64,000 nucleotides of DNA from Candidatus Hodarchaeota archaeon (GTDB lineage: Archaea; Asgardarchaeota; Heimdallarchaeia; Hodarchaeales; Hodarchaeaceae), in assembly GCA_016839815.1 (NCBI GenBank), contig JAEOTM010000133.1, positions 13,339-77,338 of the forward strand. The letters run 5' to 3'. A model generated the notes under the pieces. It saw nothing but the letters and a program-made list of their open reading frames with translations, was not told the origin of the DNA and searched no databases. The position numbers and the translations under genes were made by a program. Of the stretch, positions 61,142 through 64,000 are shown piece after piece. Position 1 is the stretch's first letter. Every line of letters begins with the position of its first letter.

Positions 61142-62395
61142 ATGAGTAAAACAATTATTGAAAAGATAATCGCTGATCATACAACTGAAGAAGTAATACC
61201 TGAAAGGATAGTTTGGTTAGATATCGATGTAAGATCGGCTAGAGATTTTGGTGGCGCGAATGTCGTCAAGAATCTTGAAAAAAACTATCCAGGGGAATCT
61301 CTCGTTGAAGATCCAACAAAAACATTCTTTACTTTCGATTGTGTTGTACCAGCTAACAATTTAGGATATGCTGAAAATCAACAGATTGCTAGAGTATTTG
61401 CTAGGGCTAATTTGCCTCGTAAGAATTTATACGACGTAAATGCGGGAATTGGGTCACATATTATGATAGAAAAAGGTGTCGCACATCCAAATAGTACTGT
61501 TGTAGGAACTGACTCCCATTTGAATATACTCGGAGCAATCGGTGCATTCGGACAAGGAATGGGAGATCAAGACATTGCATTTACTTTTAAGACGGGAAAA
61601 ACATGGTTTGAAGTACCGTATACAATGCGTGTTACAATTGATGGTACTCCAGCCAAAAATTCATTCGCTAAGGACGTGACACTCGGTGTTCTAGAAAATT
61701 TAGGATCTAAAGGCGCTTTAGGTAAATCAATTGAATTTTATGGGTCCACCATCGATGCTCTTAACCTGGCAGGACGTATCACACTTGCCAGCCAAGTAAC
61801 TGAAATGGGAGGAATAATTGGACTAATAACTCCTAACGAACCTATCATTGAATACTGCAGAACTAGAAGTGGTAAAGACTTTCCGATTCACAATGCCGAT
61901 GATGATGCGAATTATGTAGAAGATATTCACTATGATTTTAGTGATTTAGAACCAAGAATTGCTTTACCACCAAACCCAGCAAATGTAAAACCGGTTGCTG
62001 AGGTTACAGGTATCAAAGTGGATTCTGTTGTCATTGCTTCTTGTACTAATGGTCGCTATGAAGATTTTGAGGTGGCTGCAAAACTTCTCAAGGGTAAGAA
62101 AGTACATAATGACGTGATGATGAAAATCGTCCCGGCAACACAAGAAGTATATGGACAATTATTGAAAGAAGGGCTTATTGACTTATTTTACAAATCTGGA
62201 GCAATAATAAGTAATCCTGGGTGTGCTAGTTGTGCCAGCGGACAAATTGGTATGACTGGTGAAGGAGAGGTGCAGGTTACAACAGGAAATCGTAATTTCA
62301 CAGGAAAACAAGGAAAGGGAGATACTTATCTTGCATCTCCAGCCACAGCTGCAGCATGCGCGATTTCTGGAGAGATAACAGTACCTGAAATATGA
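61142..62395 (+). CDS. leuC: 3-isopropylmalate dehydratase/homoaconitase large subunit (copy 2, divergent)
   Basis: GIGSH, GTDSH, ASCTNGR, CASCASG, GNRNF and LASPA motifs. Confidence 0.87.
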   Translation: MSKTIIEKIIADHTTEEVIPERIVWLDIDVRSARDFGGANVVKNLEKNYPGESLVEDPTKTFFTFDCVVPANNLGYAENQQIARVFARANLPRKNLYDVNAGIGSHIMIEKGVAHPNSTVVGTDSHLNILGAIGAFGQGMGDQDIAFTFKTGKTWFEVPYTMRVTIDGTPAKNSFAKDVTLGVLENLGSKGALGKSIEFYGSTIDALNLAGRITLASQVTEMGGIIGLITPNEPIIEYCRTRSGKDFPIHNADDDANYVEDIHYDFSDLEPRIALPPNPANVKPVAEVTGIKVDSVVIASCTNGRYEDFEVAAKLLKGKKVHNDVMMKIVPATQEVYGQLLKEGLIDLFYKSGAIISNPGCASCASGQIGMTGEGEVQVTTGNRNFTGKQGKGDTYLASPATAAACAISGEITVPEI

Positions 62396-62949
62396 AAATG
62401 GTAGAGGAGAAAATAATGAAGAAACCTACAACATTAACTGGAAAAGTAATTATGATTAAAGATCCTCAAGGTCAAGGAATTGATGATATTGACACTGATA
62501 TGATTTTTCATAATAAACATCTACACATTACTGATATTAAAGAGATGGGTCAATATACGTTTGGAAATTTACAGGGGTGGGAAGATTTTCCATCTGAAGT
62601 GAAAAAAGACCCAATTTTAATTGTTGGAAAGAACTTTGGAGCTGGATCATCCCGACAACAGGCTGTTGACTGTTTCAAGGCATTAGGAGTTATTTTAATC
62701 ATAGGTGAGTCATTTGGAGCTATTTATAAGAGAAATGCTATCAATTCTGGCATGCCGTTGATCACCGCACCTGAAGTTATGAGTACTGCTCTGGAAACTG
62801 ATGATAATCTAACGATTGATCTGACAACAGGTGAAATTCTTGCTGAAAAAAAGAATATTTCTCTTGAAGAAATTATCCCCTTATCCCAAGTACAACTTGA
62901 TATTTATAATGCTGGTAATTTATTTGAGTACGGGAAAAGTTTAGAATGA
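62392..62949 (+). CDS. leuD: 3-isopropylmalate dehydratase/homoaconitase small subunit (copy 2)
   Basis: DIDTDMIFHN, NFGAGSSRQQA and SFGAIYKRNAIN motifs; ATGA overlap with the large subunit. Confidence 0.87.
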   Translation: MKMVEEKIMKKPTTLTGKVIMIKDPQGQGIDDIDTDMIFHNKHLHITDIKEMGQYTFGNLQGWEDFPSEVKKDPILIVGKNFGAGSSRQQAVDCFKALGVILIIGESFGAIYKRNAINSGMPLITAPEVMSTALETDDNLTIDLTTGEILAEKKNISLEEIIPLSQVQLDIYNAGNLFEYGKSLE

Positions 62950-62960
62950 ATTCAAGCTCT

Positions 62961-63731
62961 CTATTTAACTGCAACAGCTTGTAGAAATTGATTTATTAGG
63001 GTTTTAGGGTCATCAGTTTTCTCTAATATAGATGAAACTACAATTAAATCAGACCCCGCTTCAACTAGACTTTCTACTTGTTCTTTAGTTTTAATCCCAC
63101 CGCCCGTGATTAATTTAGCCTTTTTCTCATGAACAAAACTTGCAGCACGCTTGACAAGCTCTAATCTATTAGCAATAGACGCAGAAAAATTCCCAGAACC
63201 AGCTTCAATATAACACATCTCCCAGTATGATCTCCACTTCTGAGTTAATTCTGTATAAGCCTGATCATCAGTTAGTACCTTAGCACGAAGTTTTTTCCCT
63301 ACAGTGGATTCTGGACTTAGTACAATATAACCATATTTCCGATCCTTAGGGAAATGACCAAATATTGCCCGTCTAGCCCATTTAAATAACCAATGGTATT
63401 TTTTACCAAGTTTGAGAACAACTTTGATTCGGAAACGATAACAATTCAATAAAGTGGGCATTTGAATATAGTCTGCATAAGAAGATATTTGTAACGGATG
63501 CCCTGGGAAGATTACTACTGGTGGAATATCTAAATCGAGACGTTTTAGACGTCTAAGGAATTTGTGCACTCCTCGCATAATCTCGTGTGAGTCTCCTACC
63601 CAAATTTCAAGTGGAAGCAAAGAAGGATTTTCATGCTCCTTGAGTATCTCTGTAAGGGCCAAATAAACTCGCTCAGTTGCGTCACCTTTATTCGGATCGA
63701 GAAGTACTGCTAATTTCGATATTTGCTTCAC
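62961..63731 (-). CDS. Geranylgeranylglyceryl-phosphate synthase family (group II-like) TIM-barrel protein, divergent
   Basis: LLDP, VIFPG...ISSYAD, LLN, GYIV, YIEAGSG and GGGIKT motifs. Confidence 0.78.
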   Translation of the reverse strand: MKQISKLAVLLDPNKGDATERVYLALTEILKEHENPSLLPLEIWVGDSHEIMRGVHKFLRRLKRLDLDIPPVVIFPGHPLQISSYADYIQMPTLLNCYRFRIKVVLKLGKKYHWLFKWARRAIFGHFPKDRKYGYIVLSPESTVGKKLRAKVLTDDQAYTELTQKWRSYWEMCYIEAGSGNFSASIANRLELVKRAASFVHEKKAKLITGGGIKTKEQVESLVEAGSDLIVVSSILEKTDDPKTLINQFLQAVAVK

Positions 63732-63842
63732 CTTCTAATTCCAATTGGTTCTAGATGATGTGTTTTGTTAAAAAAAAACCAGCTGTTTTTATAACATAAA
63801 TTTATCTTTGAATACAAATTTACCCTATCTCGATATCAATGG

Positions 63843-64000
63843 ATGCAGAGTAAGATGACTCCTTCCGAACTTACACGTGACTATCATGTCCACACAAGTT
63901 TCTCTGATGGGTATTCCCCCCCTGAAGAAGTGATTGATTTCGGAATTGAGAAAAAAATTGACCAAATATGTTTCACTGATCATTGTTCCACTTTCAAGCC
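63843..64000 (+). CDS. PHP-domain phosphoesterase, 5' part only (absent from the ORF track)
   Basis: Manual translation gives MQSKMTPSELTRDYHVHTSFSDGYSPPEEVIDFGIEKKIDQICFTDHCS, with HxH, SDG and TDH motifs. Confidence 0.8.
   Translation, partial: MQSKMTPSELTRDYHVHTSFSDGYSPPEEVIDFGIEKKIDQICFTDHCSTFK

Noticed and set aside
895-62158. Numerous 60-130 aa ORFs antisense to or overlapping the long genes (e.g. 2896..3255, 7312..7638, 21642..21971, 39193..39579, 59563..59850)
   Set aside because: They are shadow ORFs inside well-supported genes and have no recognisable motifs.
1-64000. rRNA, tRNA, CRISPR arrays, transposases, integrases
   Set aside because: None recognised by eye; the window is almost fully occupied by protein-coding genes.

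Overview
This is an AT-rich archaeal window, most likely from an Asgard archaeon of Heimdallarchaeia type. That assignment is an inference from the PGF-CTERM tails, a GGGP-synthase-like gene, a tungsten AOR, DUF835 domains, T-tract terminators and two longin-like genes. The left half (1-33 kb) is mostly heterotrophic metabolism: a peptide ABC transporter whose DppF carries an inserted transmembrane hairpin, an acyl-CoA ligase / acyl-CoA dehydrogenase-SCP2 / aldehyde dehydrogenase cluster, HAD and HD hydrolases, a (homo)isocitrate-family dehydrogenase, AOR, an M42 peptidase, an LLM oxidoreductase, a membrane vWA protein and two acidic surface proteins. The right half holds a ~28 kb chemosensory block (33.3-61.0 kb) sitting between two divergent leuCD-family pairs. 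It contains cheB, cheW, a four-domain CheW, cheY, cheA, cheC, cheD, cheR, three unusually short (~30-heptad) chemoreceptors, a MEDS-PAS kinase, a His-less pseudokinase, two PAS-DUF835-wHTH regulators and a stand-alone DUF835. The main candidate for a new system is that the che operon is bracketed by two longin-like (eukaryotic-signature) genes. One is fused to a pseudo-receiver domain. The other is truncated in the ORF track because it appears to need a non-canonical start codon. No cheF or archaellum genes are visible in the window. A shared TTTTCC(Y)TAT motif lies upstream of most transcription units in the block. All family calls are from motif recognition by eye, and no searches were run.
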